DNA from: Macrostomum lignano
Taxonomy: Eukaryota
DNA length: 45,400 nt
Direction of reading: 5' to 3'
Assembly (NCBI GenBank): GCA_002269645.1
Contig: NIVC01000737.1
Location: 1-45,400, forward strand
Part shown: in pieces, positions 1 to 12,658 of the stretch
How positions within the stretch are numbered: the stretch's first letter is position 1
How the letters are laid out: every line of letters starts with the position of its first letter
Program-made: the position numbers and the translations under genes
Notes under the pieces: model-generated
Database searches by the model: none
What the model saw: only the letters and a program-made list of their open reading frames with translations
Told to the model about the DNA's origin: nothing

Positions 1-94
1 AATGGCAATTGACCAACCAACTATCTAATTAAAAATGACATTCGGGTTTCTAAAATGGCACTTGTCCTTTCGAAATGGCCTTGTTTCTCTCTAT

Positions 95-650
95 GAAATG
101 GCACTCATCCCTACAAAATGACACCTGTCTCTACAAAATGACACCTGTCCCTACAAAATGACACCTGTCCCTTCAAAATGACACCTGTCCCTACAAAATG
201 GCACTCATCCCTACAAAATGACACCTGTCCCTACAAAATGACACCTGTACCTTCAAAATGACACCTGTCCCTACAAAATGACACCTGTCCCTTCAAAATG
301 ACACCTGTCCCTTGAAAATGACACCTGTTCCTACAAAATGACACCTGTTCCTACAAAATGACACCTGTCCCTACAAAATGACACCTGTCCCTAAAAATGA
401 CATCTGTCCCTACAAAATGACACCTGTCCCTTCAAAATGACATCTGTCCCTACAAAATGACACCTGTCCCTTCAAAATGACACTGTCCCTACAAAATGGC
501 ACTCATCCCTACAAAATGACACCTGTCCCTACAAAATGACACCTGTCCCTACAAAATGACACCTGTCCCTACAAAATGACACCTGTCCCTTCAAAATGAC
601 ACCTGTCCCTACAAAATGACACCCATCCCGACCCTACAAAATCACACTCT
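95..650. repeat. 20-bp tandem minisatellite (unit approx. CTACAAAATGACACCTGTCC), probably intronic
   Basis: About 27 near-identical 20-bp units visible directly, with a variant CAAAATGGCACTCATCC. It lies downstream of the minus-strand donor site at 759. Confidence 0.95.
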
Positions 651-759
651 ATCTTCAAAATTGACACTTTTCTACTTAAAATGGCATTAGTCTCGTGTCT
701 TTTAAAGATTGCATTCGTTTCTTCAACATGACAAATTCCATTTCTCTGAGTTCTCTCAC

Positions 760-1016
760 CGTTCTTTGCTCAGTTCTGCCGCCGCCTCCGCCACCACCGC
801 CGCCATTTTCGACCACTGCGCTTCCCTCGCCGACGCCGCCGTTGCCGCAGGCTTGAGTCTCGCGACATCTCCTTGCGCGGCGCCCAGCGGCAGCGGGACG
901 TTGTTGGCAGCGACTCCAGCCGCCGCTTGCGCCGGAGGCGGGCCGCCCAGCTCCAGCCCTCGTCCAGCACGTAGGGATCCTCCTGGAACCGTTTTCTCAG
1001 GCCGGCCATCATTGAA
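760..1016 (-). CDS. Internal coding exon of an uncharacterised host gene (FNDGRPEK...AELSKER)
   Basis: Acceptor TTCACTTCCAG before 1016 and donor CG|GTGAGA after 760. The 257-nt frame is open, GC-rich and Ala-rich, and its phase-0 start matches the upstream exon. Confidence 0.65.
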
Positions 1017-1289
1017 CTGGAAGTGAACAAAAAGGTGGCATTGTCCGATCGCTAGATTGGGTAAACAGCTGGAGTAACTATACCTGTACTTCTATGGGCA
1101 GATAGCTCGTTATCAAATAAGTACTCCTGCTACTCAAGTTTATAGTGCTTTTTTAAATTGCAAATGTTCTTAGAAAAATGGCACCCCTGTTTTCTACAAA
1201 ATGGCACCCAGACACAAAGGTCTTTGATAAAAAATGGCCACTTTTCAAAAAAAAAAATGGCACCCTTCGCGTCAAAGTCCCGCACTCAC

Positions 1290-1565
1290 GAGTCCCGCCT
1301 CCCCTGCCCGCCCGCCGCCCGCCGCTTTCGTCGAGGTCCTCCTGGCCTGCACGCCGTTAGCAGTCACGTGATCTGCCGCCGACGGCTCCTCAATGCCGTC
1401 GGCCGAAGACGCCGCTGACGAACCCGACGATCGCCCAGCTTGGAAGCAGCTCAGCGGGCGGAGCACCCGGCGAACCCGCTGGGCCCGAGACATTTTGCCG
1501 TTGCCACCGCTGCCGCCACCTTCGCGGCCTCCGTTGGCCTCGAAATTTCTCGCTCTACTAAGCAT
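1290..1565 (-). CDS. Probable first coding exon of the same host gene (MLSRARNFEA...GEAGL)
   Basis: ATG at 1565 lies in the 1272..1766 ORF frame. The donor CTC|GTGAGT falls at a codon boundary and splices in frame to exon 1016..760. No recognisable domain. Confidence 0.6.
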
Positions 1566-1857
1566 GTGAAGGAGCCCCTTAATTCGATTGCAATTTCTGT
1601 ATAACGTTGCTCCAATCTCTGGTTCACGGGGGCTTGGGTTTACAATAAAAATAGGACCTGGCCGCTTGCCCCCGTCTGGTCCGTCTCGCAGCCCCATTGG
1701 CTGGCTCAGTGACGCACCGTACAAAGAATTAATCTGCACCTTCTTCCTCCATTCTTTACCCCTCATAATTTCCTGGGTACAAGCCCCTGTTCCCTACTGC
1801 AGTGCATACTGGAGGAAACAAAGATCCCCGAGGACCGCGGAAATCAGTTTATGGCCG

Positions 1858-1950
1858 CCCGTTAGCGGAGCCCATCCCACGCTAAAAATAGCCGTTAGCG
1901 GGGTCCGCCCCACGGTGGGGTGGGCTCCCTTAGCGCGGGCCAGCCCACAA
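1858..1950. repeat. GC-rich, internally palindromic dispersed repeat (copy 1)
   Basis: Its reverse complement aligns to 43413-43520 (TGTGGGCTGG..GCTAAGGGAGCCCA.CCCACCGTGGGG...GCGTGGGATGGG). Confidence 0.7.
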
Positions 1951-2104
1951 TTATTAGGATATGCCATTACGGGGCTGTGGAGAAGCAGACGCCAGAACTT
2001 GACTCGCATTGGTTGTCAAGATACATGGCACTAATTCAAAAAAGAAAAAAAACTCTTTTTTCGGCTCCATTGCGTGAGAACTAAATGCAATGACCTTGCC
2101 AGGG

Positions 2105-5100
2105 CGCTAAAATGGGCGCCGAAAGGCTAAAATTGGCGCCGGTAAATTAAAATTGGCGCCCAAAAGTAGCAAGCTGATATATGCTGCCACTTCTACGCCC
2201 GTTGGCACATTCCAGCGCTGATTAAGGATCCTGGCGCCGATTTGGTGATCCTGGCGCCAAATTTGACTTTCGGCGCCAATTTGAGCTTTCCGCGCCAATT
2301 TGAGCTTTCCAGCGCCGATTTGAGCTTTCCAGCGCTGGTCCGGGCTTTTTAGCGCTGTTTTCAGCATTCCGGCGCTGATTTGGCGATACTGGCGCCGATT
2401 TGGTGATCCTGGCGCCAATTTGACTTTCGGCGCCAATTTGAGCTTTCCGCGCCAATTTGAGCTTTCCAGCGCCGATTTGAGCTTTCCAGCGCTGGTCCGG
2501 GCTTTTTAGCGCTGATTTCAGCATTCCAGCGCTGATTAAGGGATCCTGGCGCCGATTTGGTGATCCTGGCGCCAAATTTGACGTTCCGCGCCAATTTGAG
2601 CTTTCCGCGCCAATTTGAGCTTTCCAGCGCCGATTTGAGCTTTCCAGCGCTGGTCCGGGCTTTTTAGCGCTGTTTTCAGCATTCCGGCGCTGATTTGGCG
2701 ATACTGGCGCCAAATTTGGTGATCCTGGCGCCAAATTTGACTTTCGGCGCCAATTTGAGCTTTCCCGCGCCAATTTGAGCTTTCCAGCGCCGATTTGAGC
2801 TTTCCAGCGCTGGTCCGGGCTTTTTAGCGCTGTTTTCAGCATTCCGGCGCTGATTTGGCGATACTGGCGCCGATTTGGTGATCCTGGCGCCAAATTTGAC
2901 TTTCGGCGCCAATTTGAGCTTTCCGCGCCAATTTGAGCTTTCCAGCGCCGATTTGAGCTTTCCAGCGCTGGTCCGGGCTTTTTAGCGCTGATTTCAGCAT
3001 TCCGGCGCTGATTTGGCGATACTGGCGCCGATTTGGTGATCCTGGCGCCAAATTTGACTTTCGGCGCCAATTTGAGCTTTCCGCGCCAATTTGAGCTTTC
3101 CAGCGCCGATTTGAGCTTTCCAGCGCTGGTCCGGGCTTTTTAGCGCTGTTTCAGCATTCCAGCGCTGATTAAGGGATCCTGGCGCCGATTTGGTGATCCT
3201 GGCGCCAAATTTGACTTTCGGCGCCAATTTGAGCTTTCCGCGCCAATTTGAGCTTTCCAGCGCCGATTTGAGCTTTCCAGCGCTGGTCCGGGCTTTTTGC
3301 GCTGTTTTCAGCATTCCGGCGCTGATTTGGTGATCCTGGCGCCAAATTTGACTTTCAGCGCCAATTTGAGCTTTCCGCGCCAATTTGAGCTTTCCAGCGC
3401 CGATTTGAGCTTTCCAGCGCTGGTCCGGGCTTTTTAGCGCTGATTTCAGCATTCCGCGCTGATTTGGCGATACTGGCGCCGATTTGGTGATCCTGGCGCC
3501 AAATTTGACTTTTGGCGCCAATTTGAGCTTTCCGCGCCAATTTGAGCTTTCCAGCGCCGATTTGAGCTTTCCATCGCTGGTCCGGGCTTTTTAGCGCTGT
3601 TTTCAGCATTCCGGCGCTGATTTGGCGATACTGGCGCCGATTTGTGATCCTGGCGCCAAATTTGGCTTTCGGCGCCAATTTAAGCTTTCCGCGCCAATTT
3701 GAGCTTTCCAGCGCTGGTCCGGGCTTTTTAGCGCTGTTTTCAGCATTCCGGCGCTGATTTGGCGATACTGGCGCCGATTTGGTGATCCTGGCGCCAAATT
3801 TGGCTTTTGGCGCCAATTTAAGCTTTCCGCGCCAATTTGAGCTTTCCAGCGCTGGTCCGGGCTTTTTAGCGCTGTTTTCAGCATTCCGGCGCTGATTTGG
3901 CGATACTGGCGCCATTTGGTGATCCTGGCGCCAAATTTGACTTTCGGCGCCAATTTGAGCTTTCCGCGCCAATTTGAGCTTTCCAGCGCCGATTTGAGCT
4001 TTCCAGCGCTGGTCCGGGCTTTTTAGCGCTGATTTCAGCATTCCAGCGCTGATTTGGCGATACTGGCGCCGATTTGGTGATCCTGGCGCCAAATTTGACT
4101 TTCGGCGCCAATTTGAGCTTTCCGCGCCAATTTGAGCTTTCCAGCGCCGATTTGAGCTTTCCAGCGCTGGTCCGGGCTTTTTAGCGCTGTTTCAGCATTC
4201 CGCGCTGATTTGGCGATACTGGCGCCGATTTGGTGATCCTGGCGCCAAATTTGGCTTTCGGCGCCAATTTGAGCTTTCCGCGCCAATTTGAGCTTTCCAG
4301 CGCTGGTCCGGGCTTTTTAGCGCTGTTTTCAGCATTCCGGCGCTGATTTGGCGATACTGGCGCCGATTTGGTGATCCTGGCGCCAAATTTGGCTTTCGGC
4401 GCCAATTTAAGCTTTCCGCGCCAATTTGAGCTTTCCAGCGCTGGTCCGGGCTTTTTAGCGCTGTTTTCAGCATTCCGGCGCTGATTTGGCGATACTGGCG
4501 CCGATTTGGTGATCCTGGCGCCAAATTTGGCTTTCGGCGCCAATTTAGCTTTCCGCGCCAATTTGAGCTTTCCAGCGCTTTGAGCTTTCCAGCGCTGGTC
4601 CGGGCTTTTTAGCGCTGTTTTCAGCATTCCGGCGCTGATTTGGCGATACTGGCGCCGATTTGGTGATCCTGGCGCCAAATTTGACTTTCGGCGCCAATTT
4701 GAGCTTTCCGCGCCAATTTGAGCTTTCCAGCGCCGATTTGAGCTTTCCAGCGCTGGTCCGGGCTTTTTAGCGCTGATTTCAGCATTCCGGCGCTGATTTG
4801 GCGATACTGGCGCCGATTTGGTGATCCTGGCGCCAAATTTGACTTTCGGCGCCAATTTGAGCTTTCCGCGCCAATTTGAGCTTTCCAGCGCTGGTCCGGG
4901 CTTTTTAGCGCTGTTTTCAGCATTCCGGCGCTGATTTGGCGATACTGGCGCCGATTTGGTGATCCTGGCGCCAAATTTGGCTTTCGGCGCCAATTTAAGC
5001 TTTCCGCGCCAATTTGAGCTTTCCAGCGCTGGTCCGGGCTTTTTAGCGCTGTTTTCAGCATTCCGGCGCTGATTTGGCGATACTGGCGCCGATTTGGTGA

Positions 5101-6935
5101 TCCTGGCGCCAAATTTGGCTTTCGGCGCCAATTTAAGCTTTCCGCGCCAATTTGAGCTTTCCAGCGCTGGTCCGGGCTTTTTAGCGCTGTTTTCAGCATT
5201 CCGGCGCTGATTTGGCGATACTGGCGCCGATTTGGTGATCCTGGCGCCAAATTTGGCTTTCGGCGCCAATTTAAGCTTTCCGCGCCAATTTGAGCTTTCC
5301 AGCGCTGGTCCGGGCTTTTTAGCGCTGTTTTCAGCATTCCGGCGCTGATTTGGCGATACTGGCGCCGATTTGGTGATCCTGGCGCCAAATTTGGCTTTCG
5401 GCGCCAATTTAAGCTTTCCGCGCCAATTTGAGCTTTCCAGCGCTGGTCCGGGCTTTTTAGCGCTGTTTTCAGCATTCCGGCGCTGATTTGGCGATACTGG
5501 CGCCAAATTTGGTGATCCTGGCGCCAAATTTGACTTTCGGCGCCAATTTGAGCTTTCCGCGCCAATTTGAGCTTTCCAGCGCTGGTCCGGGCTTTTTAGC
5601 GCTGTTTTCAGCATTCCGGCGCTGATTTGGCGATACTGGCGCCGATTTGGTGATCCTGGCGCCAAATTTGGCTTTCGGCGCCAATTTAAGCTTTCCGCGC
5701 CAATTTGAGCTTTCCAGCGCTGGTCCGGGCTTTTTAGCGCTGTTTTCAGCATTCCAGCGCTGATTTGGCGATACTGGCGCCGATTTGGTGATCCTGGCGC
5801 CAAATTTGACTTTTGGCGCCAATTTGAGCTTTCCGCGCCAATTTGAGCTTTCCAGCGCCGATTTGAGCTTTCCATCGCTGGTCCGGGCTTTTTAGCGCTG
5901 TTTTCAGCATTCCGGCGCTGATTTGGCGATACTGGCGCCGATTTGGTGATCCTGGCGCCAAATTTGACTTTCAGCGCCAATTTGAGCTTTCCGCGCCAAT
6001 TTGAGCTTTCCAGCGCCGATTTGAGCTTTCCAGCGCTGGTCCGGGCTTTTTAGCGCTGATTTCAGCATTCCAGCGCTGATTAAGGGATCCTGGCGCCGAT
6101 TTGGTGATCCTGGCGCCAAATTTGACTTTCGGCGCCAATTTGAGCTTTCCGCGCCAATTTGAGCTTTCCAGCGCCGATTTGAGCTTTCCAGCGCTGGTCC
6201 GGGCTTTTTAGCGCTGTTTTCAGCATTCCGGCGCTGATTTGGCGATACTGGCGCCGATTTGGTGATCCTGGCGCCAAATTTGGCTTTCGGCGCCAATTTA
6301 AGCTTTCCGCGCCAATTTGAGCTTTCCAGCGCTGGTCCGGGCTTTTTAGCGCTGTTTTCAGCATTCCGGCGCTGATTTGGCGATACTGGCGCCGATTTGG
6401 TGATCCTGGCGCCAAATTTGGCTTTCGGCGCCAATTTAAGCTTTCCGCGCCAATTTGAGCTTTCCAGCGCTGGTCCGGGCTTTTTAGCGCTGTTTTCAGC
6501 ATTCCGGCGCTGATTTGGCGATACTGGCGCCAAATTTGGTGATCCTGGCGCCAAATTTGACTTTCGGCGCCAATTTGAGCTTTCCCGCGCCAATTTGAGC
6601 TTTCCAGCGCCGATTTGAGCTTTCCAGCGCTGGTCCGGGCTTTTTAGCGCTGATTTCAGCATTCCAGCGCTGATTTGGCGATACTGGCGCCGATTTGGTG
6701 ATCCTGGCGCCAAATTTGACTTTTGGCGCCAATTTGAGCTTTCCGCGCCAATTTGAGCTTTCCAGCGCCGATTTGAGCTTTCCATCGCTGGTCCGGGCTT
6801 TTTAGCGCTGATTTCAGCATTCCGGCGCTGATTTGGCGATACTGGCGCCGATTTGGTGATCCTGGCGCCAAATTTGACTTTCGGCGCCAATTTGAGCTTT
6901 CCGCGCCAATTTGAGCTTTCCAGCGCCGATTTGAG
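2105..6935. repeat. GC-rich satellite: 140/160-bp units made of 7-8 diverged ~20-bp subunits, each with a GCGC core
   Basis: About 30 tandem units are visible. The many overlapping minus-strand ORFs here are translations of the repeat. Confidence 0.97.
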
Positions 6936-8295
6936 ATATCTCATAGTATTTTTTTATTCTATTTTGTATTTTCATGCACATTAATCATAGTTTTCGTAGC
7001 AATGATTTTCATTTTTATCCATTTGGGATTAAAATATCAAAAGTGTCGTTTTTGGACAAATGTTCTAATCGTTTATAAAACAAGTCTACTATTAGTATAC
7101 TCTTGAGCCCCATTCATTGGCAATGGAAATTAATACATCAAAAAGTGACTAAAGTACTTACTACAGCAGCGATAGCTTTAAAATGATAGTAAGCAACTTC
7201 AAATGCTGATTTGGGGATTCTGTCGCGAAATTTGCATGGCTTCCGCGGCGGGTTTATCGTTAAAGATCGTTTGAAGTTTCGTAGAAAAAAATATTAACAC
7301 TCTTTCAAATACTATATTATTGCCGAATTAGCCGCTCATATCTAGTTTATCTATTGAATTATTATTAATAATAAATACACTGACATATACTGGCCAAACA
7401 GGCTTCTTGCCTGAGCCAAGCTTACTTACTTACTATTAGATATACTTGCATACATACAGACACTTCATTTTTAGTTTCGTGGATAATTATACAGTTACTT
7501 GCTTCTGCTTACTTCAATTTTTGGACTCATGTCTGGAAAGCCCTTTTGGAAAATTTAGTATCTAGCCAAGTTGCAGGTGGGTTTAAATTGTTCGAGCATA
7601 TATTTATTGCCTTTTTAACTTAAAATATTGAGTTTGCAAATAGTGGATCTTGATCTTTATTTAATCTTCATGTTAAAACTTGGCTTATAGTTATAGGGCA
7701 AATAAGACACAGCTCTCACAGACATACCTTAAGACCAATTGTGACCAATTATAATAAGGAAATGAGCATCATATTATCTATTTAGACATTTTAATAAACT
7801 GTGGCCATCTTGGTGTGTGGCCATCTTGGTCATGCACCCCCTGGCCAAGACTTATCACTAATATTAACAAGATGAATAAGTGGCCCAAAACTATTGCAAG
7901 TCAACCAAGGCAATTTTAACTATAAGCTTATGGTTAAAATTGCAAGGCTAAATTGCAATTGCAAGCCTTGCAAGGCTATACACTATAGTCTATAGGCTAT
8001 ATCTATATTCTTCCATGATATTCATGATTAATTTTTTTCACTTTTTTGTCCTTTTTGAATGCTTTGCCCTGCAGCCCTTAGAGAACATGCTATACAAAAA
8101 TAGTATAGGCCTAGTATAGATATTTAGTATATTTGATTCAATAGAATAAGTGGATAAATGCAGGGTGCCTACACCTTCCTTTATCTCCTTTATCTCCTGG
8201 CTTTATTTGGAAGATTTTTGAGACTTTCTCCTTTATTTTAGCCACTTTAGCTCCTAGGATTTTTAGCACTTGTATTTAATGTATTGTTAGTGGTA

Positions 8296-8838
8296 ACAGT
8301 CCATTTTGGTAACAAGGGAGGAGATATAACAATATGTATCTTAATGTGCTCTAAAAAATAATTTCAAATAGTTTTTGAGACAAAAAATAATGTTTTAGGC
8401 CTAGACAATGATTTAGCCAACAATGATAAAATTGTTTTAATGTGTTTTGATCAATCTATTTAAATTTCCAGGTGCGCTTGATACTCAAGATATGTTATGA
8501 TACAACCTATAAAACTTGTAATTACCAAAGTATTGTGTAATTAGAATTACTTTGAGTTAGAAATGTGAAATTTCAGTATTTACTTTAATTTATTTGTCAT
8601 TAATTACTTTCATTGATCTCTCTAAGTCTCCGCTGTTATATATTCTATCTGTTCAAGTTGAAACAAATTACATGTATAATATATCCTAATCAGAAAAAAT
8701 TGAATGGTAATCAGCAATAAAGTACTAAACAAGTTAATGATTAATTTAATTAATAGTTACTAAAAAATTAACATAAAGAAAAAGTGCTAAAAGTCATAAA
8801 TCTGCTTTACCGAAGTGGCTGTTACCAAAGTGGATTGT
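8296..8838. mobile_element. Possible degenerate MITE
   Basis: Inverted 19-mers ACAGTCCATTTTGGTAACA and TGTTACCAAAGTGGATTGT match at 17/19 around an AT-rich interior. No clear TSD. Confidence 0.3.
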
Positions 8839-9616
8839 ATTCTTGTTAGTTTAGGGTCCTTTTAAATAATCATTCATTTTTAAAAAGACTATTTCATTGA
8901 CTTGTATTATTTTCTTAGGCAAAGGTTTATATATATGATTAGTTACTAATTAAACAAACTTTAAAGCATCAGCCCTAGGTTAGCCACAATATCAGATATG
9001 TGGCACTGTGGAGCTAAAAATGTATACATGTAGTTTTTCTCAAGACTGAAAAATTGGCTAGAAAGATGATGCAATCAAAGCAGTCAACAAGTAGGCCATA
9101 GAATGAAACAACTATGAGAGTACTATGTCCCTTAAGAGCACAACTGGGAGAGTATATGAGAGAGAGCCAGATAAAGGCTGAGGGGCAGATAAGAGTAGAA
9201 AGAAGAATGAATAGGCAATAAGAGAAAGGAAAGGTAAGAGAAAGGATTAAAGAATAGATAAAATATAAATATATAAAAATATAATAATTAATACTGAATC
9301 TTTTTTCACATACATTGCACTCACACATTTTTATATGCTATAAAGTAGACAAATATATCAGAATAGTAATGCATACATAATAAGCTTAAAGTTACTACGT
9401 ATTGGTTTTGGTAGGTACAAAAGTAATTTATAACAATGATTTACATCAGTGTTTATTCATTATATCATACAAATCCAAAGTGTCATTTTTGGACAAATGT
9501 GTGTTCAGATATGTATGAATCTGTATGAATAAATACGTCTAATAGTATAATATTGAAGTCATACATACATACATACATACTCTTGAATTACAATTTGCAT
9601 TAAAACATTTCAGGTC

Positions 9617-12128
9617 ATGTCTCGCCGCAGAACATTGTTTTCTAATACAGATTCTGATAGTGATGTCGAAGCTGTATTGCGGACAAGCCGTCGAGGACGT
9701 CCAAGAAAGCTCCAGAAATCTTCTGGTTTTGGTGCCACCCGTCGTCCTAGCTCAAGCTCTGCTTATGGTTCTCATCAGGATCAGTCGGTAGGGAATTATT
9801 TTTTTCCTGAAATGCCTGATAATGCAGCCGAAATGCCGCCTGAAAATTCTACTGAACCTTCAAATCCGCCTGAAGAAACTGAGTGGGAGGATCATTCCAT
9901 GTTTTCGGATCTTCACAGCAATGCGTATGAAAATTATTTCAACTTGGGTTCATGCATTCGTTGCAGTGATGCGCCTGGAATTTATCGGTGTGTCACTTGT
10001 AGGCTGGATTTCTGTGAAGACTGTAAAGAAATCACACATGGTGATTTTGCACCACACAAATTTGAACAGTGGAATTCTGAGACGCTTATGTTTGCAGATC
10101 CAGTGCACGTGCCCATGGTTGCTGCACTTTTCTGTTGTGTGGCAAGCAGAGAGGCTCGCGAATTGTCGGCTGCATCAACTGTTGAGCTAATCGATTTGTC
10201 GGGAATCGTTCAAGCTCAGATGTTTACGTGTAGTTCATGTGACAAAGTGGATGCGCTTCTCTCAATGGGTTACTTCCCGTCTTATGATGCAACCGCAACC
10301 GCCACAGACTGCACAGCCTATTTCGCCATAAGTTTATTAACACTTCTCGACAATTTGACTACTGTAGGTCGACTACCGGCTCACAGGGCAATCAAAGCCC
10401 TGTTTTTAGGTGCTACTGTTGGCCAAGGAATCTGCAGAGATAAATTAGCATCAAGTTTGTATCAACGTCTGCAACGCCACTGTGTTCTGCTAAAATTTAG
10501 ACAATTACAGATCCGCTCAGCAAAATGGCCCAAGTCGTGTCTCTTGTGTCCCGATCAGCATAATGATCGCCAGACTGTTGTTTGTGCTGATGCGCTTTTC
10601 GGCTGGCAAAGATTTTCTTCAATGGGATTCAGGCAAGCTCTAACTCCGTCAGATGGTCGTCCGCTTCCTGTTCCATTAGTGAATGTAGATGTCAAAGCAG
10701 ACGCGCCAAAAAATCGCTTAGAAGAACAAAACTGTCCAAGTTGGAAAGCTGGGGCGCTCGAGCCACCATCCCGAGGTGCTGGTAGACATGATGTGTATGG
10801 CTTTTTTGGACTTTTTTGCCGGCACAATCGTCTATTGAATGGTTGTAACATTACTACGACAGGAGAGCGGTTCTGCTACATAGAACAGTGCCTTGAGCAT
10901 TTTCTAAGAGACACGTCTGTATCGAAGAAATTGCTTCTTATCTATGACGTTGGTAAGTGCATCTTTTGCATACTATGTCCGTATAATTTAGCGGGATCAA
11001 AATAAAGTACATACATTTTTCTCACATCTCACTGCAGGCTGCCGCGTTTCAGCTCGCGTACAATCCGCAGTTACTAAATCTGGTGCTAACGTACAGGCCT
11101 CTTCATGTGCCATCAATGCATTCCACGCACTTGGCCACAAACCAAGCTGCCAAAGAAGGTTCTCTGTGCGTGTCACTCCTGGAGCGGGCTTGTGTGATGG
11201 CGAGAACACAGAGAGAGCTTGGGCACAACTTCGCCCATATGGGCATTCACTAAAGTACATGCGACCTGATCGTAGGAGCACCTGTATGTCTCAAATTCTG
11301 TTTCATTTCAATGCGAATCAATTGTTTAACACACCCCAGTGGTTCCAGCAACGTCTCAGACTTTTGGACAGTACGATAAAAAACATGTCTTCGGAAATGA
11401 ACTCACTTCTTGATGATGCACGAATACAGCAAGCTTCCGGAATTTTAGACGGAAGCTTAGTACTTTCGGAGGTTCAAATTCGGAATCTCGGCCGTCAGTG
11501 GCATCAGAACTCTCTTATAGGCGCAGTAGAAAACTCTGAAAACGACCTTCTATCTAATATTCGTTCGCTTGCAGTTCTCAGAGAACATTGGCTGCGACAG
11601 TCTGGACTAAATATGGGCCAAGGTCATAACAGAGCTTGCTTGCGCCGTGTACAAGGTTTGACTTCAGAAATGAAAGCTGATATTAATCGTCTGCCGGAAG
11701 AGACCCGGGGTTCTTTTGATCAGTATCGGAAGCCAAATAGTTCAAAGTACGATGGTTTATCTGAATCAGCTACTTCTGTCCGTTTCCGTCGGCGTGCAAT
11801 CGATCTCTATCATAAGTACGACAGAGTGAATGAGGAACTGCATATCGTATCTGAGGAATGGTATGACTTTATTGTAAAAATGGACATGGTTTGCAAGAGT
11901 CTAGATAATCAGGCTGGTTTGGCGGCTCAGTTTCGAAAACTATTTCGATCAATTTTAGAAAGAGTTGTAAATCTTGACGTTCCAGCAAGGGCAGAATATT
12001 TTCGACTCATTTTGGGCGGCGCAGAACAAAGCATTGAAAATGTTCCTCCTATTAGCAACGACTCGCCAACTGAGTCGGCGACTGAGTCTTCAGCGTCTGA
12101 ATCGGATGATTCAGAAGATACTTTTTGA
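9617..12128 (+). CDS. KDZ (Kyakuja-Dileera-Zisupton) transposase with N-terminal CxC cysteine cluster; join(9617..10952,11038..12128), 808 aa
   Basis: An 85-nt phase-1 intron (G|GTAAGT...ACTGCAG|GC) joins the two ORFs in frame and rebuilds YDVGC. KDZ motifs appear in order: CADALF, CPSWKA, GFFGLFCRH, GERFCY, YDVGC, FHALGHKPSC, GAGLCDGENTERAW. The N-terminus has CIRC..YRCVTC..FCEDC..H..PH..EQW and DLSGI..CSSC..LLSMGYFPS. No stops or frameshifts. Confidence 0.9.
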
Positions 12129-12658
12129 GCAAGTTTAAATTTTTTAGTTAGCTGAACACTTCAATTACACAGTGATTTATTGTGTCGGCTGTTTCCAAAG
12201 CACTTGCAATAAAATTATTCAAAAATTGCTGTGCCAATAGATGTCATTTTTAACCTCACTTGCACACAATAGCTCAAGTGTGCTGTGAATTCGCTGCTCA
12301 GCTGTATCATTCCTGGGTCCATGTGCTCTGCTTACACGTAGCGGACCTGTTAACGTTAATTAATTCAGTTTAATGCAGTGATGAACTGTCACTCAGTTTA
12401 TAAACTGGCGCTAAACTGTTTTGATTAACGGAGCCAAAGAGCACTTATTTATTTCGTTACCTTTTATACTACACTTCATTGCATGAAAATTAAACTGCCG
12501 TTAAGTTGACATTTTCGCCCGTTATGGTGTTATTAAACGATATGTTGGTTGCTTTTTCTCATTTTTAAGTCGTCAATATTAGTTAGGACTCAGTTTTCGA
12601 TCCCGATTGCCATTCTCAAATCCATAGAATCGACTCAAGACCCTAGCTGTAGTCCTAA
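12082..12658 (+). repeat. Intergenic module R1 (last codons of the KDZ gene, AATAAA at 12208, spacer leading to the next gene)
   Basis: Nearly identical to 18998-19588; its central part is nearly identical to 20898-21142. Confidence 0.92.

Noticed and set aside
2107-6944. Long minus-strand ORFs up to 599 aa
   Set aside because: They are translations of the satellite: periodic peptides in several frames with no domain.
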